Notes: a model not told the origin generated them from the sequence alone. 52,485 nt of DNA from Egibacteraceae bacterium (GCA_035540515.1 DATLGM010000286.1:1-52485); one strand, 5' to 3'. Positions 10,095 through 20,552 are shown, numbered from the stretch's first letter. Made by a program: numbers and translations.

Positions 10095-10867
10095 TGGCCA
10101 GAACACCGATCATGGCCGGCAACTGGAAGATGCACCTGGATCACCTCGAGGCGATCCAGCTCGTCCAGCAGCTCGCCTACCACCTGGAGACACGGGACTT
10201 CGAGGCGTCCGAGGTGGTGGTCGTGCCCCCGTTCACCGCGCTGCGCAGCATCCAGACGCTGATCGACGGCGACCGCCTGGCCATCGGGCTCGGCGCCCAG
10301 AACACGCACTGGGAGACCGCCGGCGCGTTCACCGGTGAGATCAGCCCAGCGATGCTCGCCAAGCTGAAGGTGCAGTACGTCCTCTGCGGCCACTCCGAGC
10401 GCCGCTCGTTGTTCGGTGAGACCGATGAGATCGTCAACCGCAAGGTCAAAGCCGTCATCGCCGCCGGCATGACGCCGATCATGTGCGTCGGCGAGACTGA
10501 GCAGCAGCGCGAGTCTGGAGACGCCGAGACGGTGGTGGCCGGCCAGGTCCGGGCGGGGCTCGACGGCCTGGAGTCGGGCCAGGTGCAGCAGATGGTGATC
10601 GCCTACGAGCCTGTCTGGGCGATCGGGACGGGCAAGACCGCAACCGCCGCGGACGCGCAGTCGATGTGCGCCTCTGTCAGGTCGGTGGTCGCCGGCGTCC
10701 ACAACCAGGCGACCGCCGATGCGGTGCGCGTGCAGTACGGCGGCAGCGTCAAGCCGGGCAACATCCGCGACTTGATGGCCCAGGACGACATCGACGGGGC
10801 GCTGGTCGGTGGCGCCAGCCTGGATGCGGAGGATTTCGCCGTCATCTGCCGTTGGCACCGGCAGTAG
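10094..10867 (+). CDS. tpiA: triose-phosphate isomerase
   Basis: Start taken at ATG 10094, which overlaps the pgk TGA. Motifs: AGNWKMH, CGHSERR, AYEPVWAIGTG. The longer ORF-track start (9563) overlaps pgk and is rejected. Confidence 0.95.
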   Translation: MARTPIMAGNWKMHLDHLEAIQLVQQLAYHLETRDFEASEVVVVPPFTALRSIQTLIDGDRLAIGLGAQNTHWETAGAFTGEISPAMLAKLKVQYVLCGHSERRSLFGETDEIVNRKVKAVIAAGMTPIMCVGETEQQRESGDAETVVAGQVRAGLDGLESGQVQQMVIAYEPVWAIGTGKTATAADAQSMCASVRSVVAGVHNQATADAVRVQYGGSVKPGNIRDLMAQDDIDGALVGGASLDAEDFAVICRWHRQ

Positions 10868-10904
10868 CGGGGGTACGCTTGGCGTGTCCGCAGCGGAGGT
10901 GACC

Positions 10905-11309
10905 ATGGCGAAGCGCAAGTCACAACTCGACGGAGTTCTCGGTCCACTCGAGAACGACGTCATGGAAGCCGTCTGGGACAGCGGTGAGGCGACGGTCCGC
11001 GATGTCCACGCCGCGCTCAACCGCCGCCGCCGGATCGCGTACACGACCGTGATGACCACCATGGGGCGCCTGGCCGGCAAGGGTCTGCTCGCCCGCGACA
11101 CGTCTGAGCTGGCGCACCGGTACCGCCCGACGCTGTCGCGGGAGGAGTACGCCCAGTCCACCGTCCACTCGGTCGTCGACTGGCTGGTGCACAGCTTCCC
11201 CGAGCCGGCGATCAGCTACTTCGTCGAGGTCGTCAACGACGGTGAGGACCCAGCGGTGGTCCACGCGCTGCGGGCCAAGATCGACGAGCTGCGGGCGCAG
11301 GAGGGCTGA
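10905..11309 (+). CDS. BlaI/MecI/CopY-family winged-helix repressor
   Basis: ATG 10905 is preceded by GGAGG. LGPLENDVMEAVWDSGEATVRDVHAALNRRRRIAYTTVMTTMGRLAGKGLL is the typical Penicillinase_R fold pattern. ATGA overlap with the next gene. Confidence 0.8.
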   Translation: MAKRKSQLDGVLGPLENDVMEAVWDSGEATVRDVHAALNRRRRIAYTTVMTTMGRLAGKGLLARDTSELAHRYRPTLSREEYAQSTVHSVVDWLVHSFPEPAISYFVEVVNDGEDPAVVHALRAKIDELRAQEG

Positions 11310-12739
11310 TGGGCCCGGCGTCGCCGCCGGTGGCGCCGGCAGGGTTCTTCCTGTCGTTGCTCACGGAGTCGTTCGCCGTGCGGGCACTGCTCGGTTCGGT
11401 GGTCGCCGCAGCGCTGGCGGCCGTCGCACTGCGCCGCGTGTGGGTCCGACGGCCTTTGACGCGGCGCCTGGTCGTCCTGGCGCCCATCCTGGCCGCGGCC
11501 GTGGCCGGGGTCGCGTCCGTCGTGGAGGCCGAGTCCTACCTGCCACAGCTGTGGGTGACGACCGCCAACGGCGCCTCCGGGCAGGTGCTCGAGCTGCTCG
11601 GCGAGCTTCGAGTGATCTCGTCGGACCGCGGCGTTGACGTCCTGGTCACCGCCTGGGCGGTGGCAGTCCTGGTCCTGCTCAGCCGGCGGGTGTGGGGCGT
11701 CGTCGCAACGCGGCGGTTGCTCCGGCTGGCTTCGCCTGTTCCCACCGCTCATGAGCTGCAGCGGGTGGTCGACGGCATGGCTATGGCGATGGGCACCCGG
11801 CACGTCCGGTTGCATCTGCTGGCTGACTGCCCCGGTGGCGCGTTGACCACCGGGGTCCGCCGTCCGGTCGTCGTGCTCGACCCCGTCCTCATCCAGACGC
11901 TGGACGCCCAGGAGCTCGAGGGTCTGCTGGCCCACGAGATCGCCCACGTCGCCCGCCGCGACACGTTGCTCGGCGTCGTGGTCGGGGTGTTTGCCGACCT
12001 CACGTTCTTCCTGCCCACGGTGCACCTCGCGACGCGCTGGCTCAATGCCGAACGGGAGGAGAGCGCCGACGAGCTGGCTGCCGTGCACACCCGCCGGCCC
12101 GGGGCGCTGGCCTCGAGCATCCTCAAAGTGTGGGAGGGCGCGGTGCCGCGCACGCAGCCGCTGGCGGCGTGCGGGGCCGTGGCGGTCGCCACCGGAGCGC
12201 GGGTCGTCACCGGTCGCGTGGAGCGGCTGGTCAGCGCCCCGCCCGTCCGTTCCCGGGGCGGCAGGGCCCTGGAGAGCTGGGTGACGGCTGTGGTCCTGGT
12301 CGCAGCGCTGGTCGGTGCGGTGGTCGTGCCGCCGTGGATCGCCTCCGAGCTCGACACCTACTCGATCGCGATCGGCTATGTGCCCCCACCTGCCGATCCG
12401 GTCGAGTCCGCGGCCTTCGCCACGTTCCGCGCCCTGGCGCCGGCGCCGGTGGCCGGCGGCGGGCTGGAGGGGTACCCGCCGTCCACCCGACCGTCGATGG
12501 CGCCGGCCAGCGGCAACCTCTCGGTCGGGTGTCCGTGTGTGGAGACGCAGGCGCAGTGGCTGGCGGGCGCGCCGGCGACGGTGCCAAAGGCGCCCGAGGG
12601 GATGGCGTGGCAGCGCAGCCCCATGCCGGCGTGGGCGTCGGTGGCTGCGCGCGACGCCGTCCGCGCCCGGCCGCTGCTCACCCTGACCGACGCCGGCCCC
12701 CAGGTCGGGTTCTTCGTCGTCGCCCAAGAGGGCCGCTAA
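11309..12739 (+). CDS. BlaR1-like M56/M48 membrane zinc-metalloprotease (signal transducer), non-PBP C-terminus
   Basis: Multiple TM segments, HEIAH zinc motif (LLAHEIAHVARRD) with downstream EESADE. Translationally coupled to the BlaI-like repressor. Confidence 0.75.
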   Translation: MGPASPPVAPAGFFLSLLTESFAVRALLGSVVAAALAAVALRRVWVRRPLTRRLVVLAPILAAAVAGVASVVEAESYLPQLWVTTANGASGQVLELLGELRVISSDRGVDVLVTAWAVAVLVLLSRRVWGVVATRRLLRLASPVPTAHELQRVVDGMAMAMGTRHVRLHLLADCPGGALTTGVRRPVVVLDPVLIQTLDAQELEGLLAHEIAHVARRDTLLGVVVGVFADLTFFLPTVHLATRWLNAEREESADELAAVHTRRPGALASSILKVWEGAVPRTQPLAACGAVAVATGARVVTGRVERLVSAPPVRSRGGRALESWVTAVVLVAALVGAVVVPPWIASELDTYSIAIGYVPPPADPVESAAFATFRALAPAPVAGGGLEGYPPSTRPSMAPASGNLSVGCPCVETQAQWLAGAPATVPKAPEGMAWQRSPMPAWASVAARDAVRARPLLTLTDAGPQVGFFVVAQEGR

Positions 12740-12754
12740 CCGCGGCCCGGAACG

Positions 12755-13762
12755 TCACAGGACGCCGGCGTACGCCGACAACGCGGGCTGGCCCCCCAGA
12801 TGGGCATAGAGCACGGTCGCCCCTGCGGGGATCTCGCCGGAGCGCACCATGCCGATCAAGCCGGCCATCGATTTTCCCTCATACACGGGGTCGGTGAGCA
12901 TGCCTTCGAGACGTGCCGCCGTTCGGATCGCCTCAAGGGTCACGTCGTCGGGAACCCCGTAGATGCCCGCGTGGTACCCGTCCACCAGCTCGACGTCGTC
13001 GTCGGTGAGGGGGCGGTCCAATCCGATCGCCTCGGCGGTGGAGCGGGCGATGCGCGTGAGCTGTTCTCGGGTCTTTTCGACCGTGGCCGAGGCGTCGATA
13101 CCGATGACGCGGCGCCTTCGGTCCTCGGCAGCGAACCCGGCGATCATGCCGGCGTGCGTGGAGCCGGTGACCGTGCACACCACGACGGTGTCGAAGAACA
13201 CGCCAAGGTCCTGTTCCTGCGCGGCGACCTCGCGGCACCAGTTGGCGAACCCGAGTCCACCCAGCGGGTGGTCGGACGCGCCCGCGGGGATCGCGTACGG
13301 CGTCCCACCGCCCTCCTTGACCGACGACAGCGCCTGCTGCCAGCTGTCGCGGATGCCGATGTCGAAACCGGCCGGCGACATCCGGATGTCCCCGCCCATG
13401 ATGCGCGTCAGCTGGATGTTGCCGACCTTGTCGTACACGACGTCCGGCCAGTCGACCCAGTGCTCCTGGACCGTCACCACGTTCAACCCCAGATGCGCCG
13501 CGACGCCCGTCACGGCGCGCGTGTGGTTGGACTGCACCCCGCCGATGGACACCAACGTGTCGCAGCCCTGCGACAGCGCGTCCGCGACGAGGTACTCCAG
13601 CTTGCGCACCTTGTTGCCGCCGAACGCGATGCCTGAGTTGCAGTCCTCGCGCTTTGCCCAGATCTCGACCTGACCGCCGAGGTGGTCGGTGAGCCGGCGC
13701 AGCGGGTGAATGGGGGAGGGTCCGAACAGCAGCGGCACGCGCTGGAAGTCGTCAAGACTCAT
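12755..13762 (-). CDS. acdS: 1-aminocyclopropane-1-carboxylate deaminase (PLP-dependent, AcdS/D-cysteine desulfhydrase family)
   Basis: Near full-length resemblance to AcdS as I remember it ([69 protein letters not shown]). AGGAGG lies 6 nt before ATG 13762. Confidence 0.8.
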   Translation of the reverse strand: MSLDDFQRVPLLFGPSPIHPLRRLTDHLGGQVEIWAKREDCNSGIAFGGNKVRKLEYLVADALSQGCDTLVSIGGVQSNHTRAVTGVAAHLGLNVVTVQEHWVDWPDVVYDKVGNIQLTRIMGGDIRMSPAGFDIGIRDSWQQALSSVKEGGGTPYAIPAGASDHPLGGLGFANWCREVAAQEQDLGVFFDTVVVCTVTGSTHAGMIAGFAAEDRRRRVIGIDASATVEKTREQLTRIARSTAEAIGLDRPLTDDDVELVDGYHAGIYGVPDDVTLEAIRTAARLEGMLTDPVYEGKSMAGLIGMVRSGEIPAGATVLYAHLGGQPALSAYAGVL

Positions 13763-13862
13763 CTCCAGCCTCCTAGGGCAGCGGCGTGTGGGGGACTGCT
13801 ACCCTGACAGGTCGGGCGCGCCGTCACATGCCGCCCGTCCGCGCACCGTTCGGAGGTCTGTC

Positions 13863-14093
13863 GTGCTCACCGGCGCCATCGTGGTCGTCCACGTGCTCGT
13901 CTCGCTCATGCTGATCATGTTCATCCTGCTGAAATCCGGCCGCGGGGGCGGCCTGTCGGACATGTTCGGCGGCGGCTCGATGAGCAGCATGACCGGCTCC
14001 ACGGTCGTCGAGAAGAACCTGGACCGGCTCACGGTCATCACCGGTGTGCTGTTCGCCGTCACGACGATCGTCCTGGCGCTGCGACTCGCCTGA
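13863..14093 (+). CDS. secG: preprotein translocase subunit SecG
   Basis: GTG 13863 has GGAGG 6-7 nt upstream. 76 aa with two TM helices flanking a Gly-rich loop (KSGRGGGLSDMFGGGS). Conserved position after tpiA. Confidence 0.85.
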   Translation: MLTGAIVVVHVLVSLMLIMFILLKSGRGGGLSDMFGGGSMSSMTGSTVVEKNLDRLTVITGVLFAVTTIVLALRLA

Positions 14094-14121
14094 CGGTCGA
14101 CCGAGGCGGGTTCGCGCTCGC

Positions 14122-15744
14122 ATGATGCGGCGGCAGGCGCTGCTGGGCGCCTGCCTTCTTGCGCTGATCGGCGCCGGCTGTCCATCACCACCCCCACAGC
14201 AGGCGCCGCGAAACGGCGGTGTCGCCGTCCCCACGCCGACCGCTCAGTCGGCCGACAGCAGCCTGCGGTGGGCGATCGGCGAACCGACGGCCATCGTGCC
14301 CATCGACGCGGTCACGCCCGACGACCTTCTGGTCGTCGACGCGCTCTACGACTCGCTGACCGCCTGGGACGAGCGTCTGCAGGTCGTCCCATCCACCGCC
14401 GTGCGCTGGACTGCACGGCGCGGCGGGCGCGTGTGGCGCTTCGCGCTGCGGCGCAACGCCACCTTCCACGACGGGACACCCGTGACGGCGCAGCACTTCG
14501 TCGACACCTGGAACGTCATGGCGTCGCGCGGAGCGGCGCACCACCACCTCGCCGACGTCGAGGGCTACCAGGCGGTGCGCGACGGCAGCACGGATGTGCT
14601 GTCCGGCGTGCGGGCCGTCGACACCTCGACGCTGGAGGTCCGGTTGCGCCGGCCGAACTACGAGTGGCCGGCCGTCGCGGGGCACCCCGCGCTCGGGCCG
14701 ATGCCTCGCCCGCGTGCACCGAACCGGGTCCAGCCTGTCGGCAACGGTCCGTTCACCCTGGCCGAGCCCTGGGCGCGAGAGCGCTTCCTGCGCCTGTCAC
14801 GTGCTGACGAGCAGTCCGACGGTGCGCGGCCCGGGCGGTTGCTCGACGAGGTCGTGTTCCAGGTCATGGATGCTGCAACGGCGTATCTCGCGTTCGCACA
14901 AGGCCGTGTCGACGTGGCATCGCTCCCGCCAGGTGCCGACGACCGCTCGCGGTTCCCGGTGTCCACGAGGTACACCGGCCCGGGTCTGCTGCGCGGCCCG
15001 CTTCCGGCGACCTACCTGCTCGTGTTCGACACGTCACGCCCGCCCTTCGACGACGTCAACGCGCGACGAGGCATCGCGATGGCGTTGGACCGGACCGGTA
15101 TGGCGCAAAGCGCCTTTGCCGGGCAGGCGGGCCCAGCGCGCACCCTGGTACCTCCCGTCCTCCCCGGGGCCCGGCAGCGAACCTGCTTGGCCTGCGTCTT
15201 CGATCCCGCCGGGGCGCGGCGGGCGCTACGCGACGCGGCGGTGGGTGAGGTGGCACTGTGGGTCAACCGGGGCGGGGACCACGAGCGCGTGGCGGCCAGG
15301 GTGCAGCGTGACCTCGACGCCGCAGGCGTGCGTGTCCGCGTCCGCGCCGTGGGCTTCGAACGCTTCCGCACCGCCATGACCGCCGAGCCAGGGCTGTTCC
15401 GCTTCGGCTGGGCGCCGGACTACCCCACGTTGGACAACGCGCTGCGTCCGCTGCTGCACTCCGCCGCCACGCCGCAGCGTGGCGGCGCCAACTACAGCCG
15501 GTACCGCAACCCTGACATCGACCGCCTGCTGGACCGCGCGGCCGCGACGCAGGACCCGGCCGCGCGGGTCGCGCGGTACCGGCGGATCGAAGACCTGGTC
15601 ATCGGCCGGGACCAGGTGGTGATTCCCGTGGTCAACCCGCGACGAGGCACCGTCGTGGCCGAGCGGGTTCGGGGATTGATCTACGGCCCTATGGGAACCG
15701 CCAATCTCGAGCACGTCCGGGTCGTCGAGCGCGACGTCCCCTGA
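14122..15744 (+). CDS. ABC transporter substrate-binding lipoprotein, family 5 (peptide/nickel type)
   Basis: ATG 14122 gives MMRRQALLGACLLALIGAGC (lipobox). Family-5 features follow (WTFxLR-like RVWRFALRRNATFHDGTPVTA, DYPT..N). Confidence 0.8.
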   Translation: MMRRQALLGACLLALIGAGCPSPPPQQAPRNGGVAVPTPTAQSADSSLRWAIGEPTAIVPIDAVTPDDLLVVDALYDSLTAWDERLQVVPSTAVRWTARRGGRVWRFALRRNATFHDGTPVTAQHFVDTWNVMASRGAAHHHLADVEGYQAVRDGSTDVLSGVRAVDTSTLEVRLRRPNYEWPAVAGHPALGPMPRPRAPNRVQPVGNGPFTLAEPWARERFLRLSRADEQSDGARPGRLLDEVVFQVMDAATAYLAFAQGRVDVASLPPGADDRSRFPVSTRYTGPGLLRGPLPATYLLVFDTSRPPFDDVNARRGIAMALDRTGMAQSAFAGQAGPARTLVPPVLPGARQRTCLACVFDPAGARRALRDAAVGEVALWVNRGGDHERVAARVQRDLDAAGVRVRVRAVGFERFRTAMTAEPGLFRFGWAPDYPTLDNALRPLLHSAATPQRGGANYSRYRNPDIDRLLDRAAATQDPAARVARYRRIEDLVIGRDQVVIPVVNPRRGTVVAERVRGLIYGPMGTANLEHVRVVERDVP

Positions 15745-15745
15745 A

Positions 15746-17443
15746 CTACTGCGTCAGCACCCAGTCCTCGACGTTCCACAGCGGACCCCACTCCGTGGGG
15801 TTGTTCCGCGGGCCCTGGATCGCACCACGAGACACCAGGAACGTCGGCCGCTGGTACAGCGGGATCGCCGGCACGTCCTGGGCGATCAGGCTGTCGGCCC
15901 GCCGGAGCAGGTCGACGCGCCGCTCGTCGTCGACCTCGGCGGCCGCCCGGTCGAACAGGGCGTTGACCTGCCGGTTGCAGTACTTCGTGTTGTTGATGTC
16001 CCGGGCGACGTCGCACCGCCATGGCGCCTGCACGTCGAGGGGATTGGCGCTGTAGCGGCGGGCGAAGGACAACAGGTGCCAGTCCCTTCGGCTGGCCAGG
16101 AACTCGGGCGCGAAGATCTCCTCCGGAGCGCTGAACTCCTCCTCGACCTTGATGCCGACTGCCGCCAGGTCCCGGCGGATCAGCTCGAACTGCCGGCTGC
16201 GCAGCTCTACGTCAGCGGTGGTGACGAACCGCAGCTGCAGTGGTTGGTCGTCGCAGTGCCAGATCCCCTCGACCCGTGTGCAGTCGTTGTCGGCCAGCAG
16301 CCGCTGCGCCTCTCCCGGGTCGTACGACAGCTGCTGCGACCAGTGGTCCTGGTAGTCCGGCTCCTCGGCGAGCCACAAGACGCTGTCGAGCAGCGCCACG
16401 TCGGGATCCACCTCGGCGAGGATCTCGTCGATCAGGCGCTGACGGTTGATGGCCTTCGCGACGGCCTGCCGGACGTAGGGCCGGTTCAGCGGCGGTGCCG
16501 CGGTGTTGAAGTCGATGACCTCCCACAGCGGGCCGCCGGCGCTGTCGATCTCGATGTCATCCATGGTCTCCAGCTGCTCGCGCAGGCCGAATCCCGTCGG
16601 CGGGTACAGGACGTCGACCGCGCCCTCGCGCAGGGCCAGCAGCAGGTCCTGCAGTGAGTCGTAGAAGGAGATCACGACCTCGTCCAACGACGGGGCGTCG
16701 CCCCAGTAGCGGTCGTTGCGCTTGAGGATCAGCTCCTGGCCGGGCTCCCAGCGGTCGAACTCCAAGGGGCCGCTGGAGACCGGGATGTGCTCCCGCCACA
16801 TCTCGTTGAAGTCCTCCCCGCGGAGGCGGTGGCGGGGCAGGATCGCGCCCTCCGGCTCGCTGAACATGGTCCGCCAGGCGGGGTAGGGGCGGCGGAACAC
16901 GAATCGCGCCGTCCGGTCGTCGATGGCCTGCGCGTTGCGCACGAGCTCGTGGCCTTCACGGCTGATGATGTCGAACCGCTCGTCCATGATCGTCCGGTGC
17001 GTGAAGACGACGTCGTGGGCGGTGATCGGCTCACCGTCGCTCCACTGCAATCCCTCTTTCAGGCGGTAGGTCACGGTGAAGGGGTCAGTGGTGACCTCGG
17101 CGTCTTCCAGCAGCAACGGTTCGAAGGTGTGCTCGGGGGTGATGCGCCACAGCGGGGAGAGCACCGCCGTGGCGATGTAGCCGTTGATGAAGGTGTTGCC
17201 CTCCTCCACCGCTGCGTTGAGCGTTGAGGGTTCCTCGTCCGCCCCGAGGATCACCGTTCCGCCGTTGACGGGGGTGCGCTCGACCGGCTCGTCCGGTTCC
17301 GCCGCGCCGGCCTCTGTCGGCGACGCCGTGTCGTCGGCCGGTGCCTCGGCGTCGCCGCCGTCGTCGCAGGCGACGGCGCCGAGCAGCAACGCCACAGCGA
17401 CCGCCACGGCCTTGATCCATCCCGCCTTGTCCATGGAGTCCAT
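15746..17443 (-). CDS. ABC transporter substrate-binding lipoprotein, family 5
   Basis: Start trimmed to ATG 17443 (MDSMDKAGWIKAVAVAVALLLGAVAC lipobox); ATG 17434 is an alternative. TVTYRLKEGLQWSDGEPITAHD is the family-5 signature region. Last gene of the minus-strand importer operon. Confidence 0.85.
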   Translation of the reverse strand: MDSMDKAGWIKAVAVAVALLLGAVACDDGGDAEAPADDTASPTEAGAAEPDEPVERTPVNGGTVILGADEEPSTLNAAVEEGNTFINGYIATAVLSPLWRITPEHTFEPLLLEDAEVTTDPFTVTYRLKEGLQWSDGEPITAHDVVFTHRTIMDERFDIISREGHELVRNAQAIDDRTARFVFRRPYPAWRTMFSEPEGAILPRHRLRGEDFNEMWREHIPVSSGPLEFDRWEPGQELILKRNDRYWGDAPSLDEVVISFYDSLQDLLLALREGAVDVLYPPTGFGLREQLETMDDIEIDSAGGPLWEVIDFNTAAPPLNRPYVRQAVAKAINRQRLIDEILAEVDPDVALLDSVLWLAEEPDYQDHWSQQLSYDPGEAQRLLADNDCTRVEGIWHCDDQPLQLRFVTTADVELRSRQFELIRRDLAAVGIKVEEEFSAPEEIFAPEFLASRRDWHLLSFARRYSANPLDVQAPWRCDVARDINNTKYCNRQVNALFDRAAAEVDDERRVDLLRRADSLIAQDVPAIPLYQRPTFLVSRGAIQGPRNNPTEWGPLWNVEDWVLTQ

Positions 17444-17463
17444 GGGGTGGTGTGTCGGTCCTC

Positions 17464-18510
17464 CTAGGTCGGGACGACGGGCAGCATCTCCGCGAAGTGG
17501 CAGCGCGCAGGGTGACCATGGCCGAACCGGTCGATCAGCTCCGGAGGCTCCTCGGCGCAGATGTCCTCGGCCTTCCAGCAGCGGGTACGGAACCGGCATC
17601 CTGACGGCGGGTTCGCCGGACTCGGCACGTCCCCCTCCAGGGTGATCCGTTGCCTGCGGCCCCGCTTTGTCGGATCCGGGAGCGGCACGGCGGACAGCAG
17701 CGCCTGCGTGTACGGGTGCGTGGGCTCCTGGTAGACCTGCTGGCGGGTGCCGATCTCGACGATCTGGCCGAGGTACATCACGGCGACGCGGTCGGAGATG
17801 TGACGGACGACGGACAGGTCGTGCGCGATGAACACGTACGCCAACCCCAGCTCGCTTTGCAGCTCCATGAGCAGGTTGATGACCTGTGCCTGGATCGACA
17901 CGTCGAGCGCCGACACCGGCTCGTCGAGGATGAGGACCTGCGGGTTGAGGGCCAGCGCCCGGGCCACGCCGATGCGCTGGCGCTGACCCCCGGAGAACTC
18001 GTGGGGGAAGCGGTTGCCGTGCTCCGGGCTGAGGCCAACGAGCTGCAGCAGCTCCGACACCCGCTTCAGGCCGCCGGCCTGCTTGAACTGGCCGTGGATC
18101 CGCAGGGGCTCCGCGATGATGTCGCGCACCGTCATCCGCGGGTTCAGTGACGCATAGGGATCCTGGAAGACGATCTGCAGCTCACGTCGGATGGCACGCA
18201 TCTGCTTGCGGCTGTAGCCGCTGATGTCGCGGCCCTTGAACTCGATCCGCCCGGCAGTTGGGTCGAGCAGGCGCAGGATCGTGCGGGCGACGGTGGACTT
18301 GCCACAGCCGGACTCGCCGACCAGTCCGAGGGTCTCGCCGGCGTTCAGGGAGAAGCTCACACCGTCGACGGCGTAGACGGCCCCGACCTGCCGCTTGACG
18401 ACGCCGGCCTTGATCGGGAAGTGCATCTTCAGGTCCTCGACGCGGAGGATCTCCTCACCCTCAGGGGTGCGTTCGTCCAGCGGTGACTGGCGTTCCGCGG
18501 TGTCGGTCAC
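17464..18510 (-). CDS. peptide ABC transporter ATP-binding protein (OppF/DppF type)
   Basis: Walker [10 protein letters not shown], signature [15 protein letters not shown], Walker [11 protein letters not shown], and a C-terminal oligopeptide-type extension with Cys residues. Confidence 0.9.
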   Translation of the reverse strand: MTDTAERQSPLDERTPEGEEILRVEDLKMHFPIKAGVVKRQVGAVYAVDGVSFSLNAGETLGLVGESGCGKSTVARTILRLLDPTAGRIEFKGRDISGYSRKQMRAIRRELQIVFQDPYASLNPRMTVRDIIAEPLRIHGQFKQAGGLKRVSELLQLVGLSPEHGNRFPHEFSGGQRQRIGVARALALNPQVLILDEPVSALDVSIQAQVINLLMELQSELGLAYVFIAHDLSVVRHISDRVAVMYLGQIVEIGTRQQVYQEPTHPYTQALLSAVPLPDPTKRGRRQRITLEGDVPSPANPPSGCRFRTRCWKAEDICAEEPPELIDRFGHGHPARCHFAEMLPVVPT

Positions 18511-19556
18511 GCCTGCGACCCTCCCGCCGTGAGCTCGGCGCCGATCACCTGTTCAACTTCCTCGCGCAGGGTCGGCACCTCCTCGTGGAAGTGGCATGCA
18601 GCCCGATGCTCCGGGCCGGTGTCGTACAGCGGCGGCACGTCGGTGCGGCATCGCTCACGTCCGCGCATCAGCCGGCATCGCGGGTGAAAGGAGCACCCTG
18701 GCGGGAGGTTGATCAGGCTTGGCGGCTGGCCACCGATCGGTGCCAGGCGGTCCAGGTCCGTGTCGAGGCGGGGCAGGCTGGACATGAGCCCCACCGTGTA
18801 GGGGTGGCGGGGGTCGTTGAAGATCGTGTGCACGTCGCCGACCTCGACGACCTTGCCGCCGTACATGACGACCACGCGGTCGGCTTCCTCAGCGATGACC
18901 CCTAGGTCGTGGGTGATGAGGATGGTGGCGGCCTGCGTCTGGTCCCGGGCGGTGTTGAGGACCCCCAGCACCTGTGCCTGGATCGTGACGTCGAGCGCGG
19001 TCGTCGGCTCGTCGGCGATGAGCAGCTTCGGTTGGTTGGCGATGGCCATCGCGATCATGGCCCGCTGGCGCATGCCGCCCGAGTACTGGTGCGGGTACTG
19101 GTCGAACCGGTCGGAGGGGTTCGGCACCCCGACCTGGTCCAGAAGGTCGACGGCGCGTGTGCGCACGCCGTCGTCGTCGAGCTCGGGGTCGTGGACCCGT
19201 AGCGCCTCCCCGATCTGCCGTCCGACCTTCATGACCGGGTTCAGCGAGGTCATCGGGTCCTGGAAGATCATGGCGATCTCTTTGCCGCGGATCCGGCGCA
19301 TCTCGCGATCCGACAGCTGCAGCAGGTCCCGGCCGCCGAACAGCACCTCGCCGCTCACGATCCGCCCGGGGGGTTGCGGAATCAGCCGCAGCACCGACAT
19401 GACGGTGACGCTCTTGCCGGAACCCGACTCGCCGACGACCCCCAGGGTCTCTCCGGGGTAGACGTCGTACGAGACGTCGTTGACCGCGCGCACCACCCCG
19501 TCGGGAGTCGTGAACTCCGTCACGAGGTTGCGGATGGAGAGGACCGGCTCAACCAT
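18507..19556 (-). CDS. peptide ABC transporter ATP-binding protein (OppD/DppD type)
   Basis: Walker A GESGSGKS, signature [14 protein letters not shown], Walker [12 protein letters not shown]. 4-nt overlap with the next gene. Confidence 0.9.
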   Translation of the reverse strand: MVEPVLSIRNLVTEFTTPDGVVRAVNDVSYDVYPGETLGVVGESGSGKSVTVMSVLRLIPQPPGRIVSGEVLFGGRDLLQLSDREMRRIRGKEIAMIFQDPMTSLNPVMKVGRQIGEALRVHDPELDDDGVRTRAVDLLDQVGVPNPSDRFDQYPHQYSGGMRQRAMIAMAIANQPKLLIADEPTTALDVTIQAQVLGVLNTARDQTQAATILITHDLGVIAEEADRVVVMYGGKVVEVGDVHTIFNDPRHPYTVGLMSSLPRLDTDLDRLAPIGGQPPSLINLPPGCSFHPRCRLMRGRERCRTDVPPLYDTGPEHRAACHFHEEVPTLREEVEQVIGAELTAGGSQA

Positions 19557-19559
19557 CGT

Positions 19560-20552
19560 TCAGCGCTCCGACTGCGTCGGGTCGAGCGCGTCGCGCAGGC
19601 CGTCGCCGATGAAGTTGATGCACAGGCAGATCGTCACGATCATCAGACCGGGCATGGTCACGAGCCACCAGTCCGTGAGCATGGCGCCCTTGCCGTCATC
19701 GATCAGCTTGCCCAGGGCCGGCGTCGGCGGCTGGATGCCGAAGCCGAGGAAGGACAGGGTCGCCTCGAGCAGGATCGCCAGCGCCACGGTCAAGGTCGCG
19801 TTGACGATGATCGGGCTGAACGTGTTCGGCAGCATGTGCCGGAAGATGATGCGCGCGTCGCTCGCGCCTGACGCCCGCGCCGCTTCGACGAACTCCTTCT
19901 CGCGCAGCGAGAGGTACTGACCCCGCACGATCCTGGCAATCGTGGTCCACAACAGCAGCGCGATGATCGTCGCCACCCGGTAGGGCGACCCGCGTCCGAG
20001 GAATGCCGCCGCGACGAGCAGCACCGCCAGGAAGGGCACGGCGAGCAGGAAGTCGACGAACCGCATCAGCACGTTGTCCAGCCACCCGCGGTAGTAGCCG
20101 GCGAGGGCGCCGACGACCGTGCCGATCGCCGTGGACAGGAATGCGACGAAGAACGCCACCCGCACGGACGTGCCCGTGCCGTACAGCACGCGGGAGAAGT
20201 AGTCACGGCCGATCTTGTCGGTGCCGAAGAAGTGGTTGTCCTCCAGCGTCGGCGCCTTGCTGCGGTTACCCAGGTCGATCTGCTCGAACCCGTACGGCGC
20301 CACGCGGTCGGCGAACAGCGCCGCGCCGCAGATGATCAGAAGGATGAACAGGCTCACCATGGCGAGCTTGTGGGTGACGAACCGGCGCCGGAACAGCTGC
20401 CACTGGCTGCGCGCTTCGATGCGCAGACCCTCGCGGTACGTGGCGTCCAGCTCGCTGTCGGCGGGCGGCGGGGGGCCGCCGCTGCCGCCGGGTTGGCTGT
20501 GCCCCTCGACGGCGGCGTCTCGCGGCGTGCGCTCGCGGATTTCCTCACTCAT
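19560..20552 (-). CDS. peptide ABC transporter permease (OppC/DppC type)
   Basis: Six-TM BPD permease with an EAA-type loop (EFVEAARASGASDARIIFRHMLPN). Confidence 0.9.
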   Translation of the reverse strand: MSEEIRERTPRDAAVEGHSQPGGSGGPPPPADSELDATYREGLRIEARSQWQLFRRRFVTHKLAMVSLFILLIICGAALFADRVAPYGFEQIDLGNRSKAPTLEDNHFFGTDKIGRDYFSRVLYGTGTSVRVAFFVAFLSTAIGTVVGALAGYYRGWLDNVLMRFVDFLLAVPFLAVLLVAAAFLGRGSPYRVATIIALLLWTTIARIVRGQYLSLREKEFVEAARASGASDARIIFRHMLPNTFSPIIVNATLTVALAILLEATLSFLGFGIQPPTPALGKLIDDGKGAMLTDWWLVTMPGLMIVTICLCINFIGDGLRDALDPTQSER

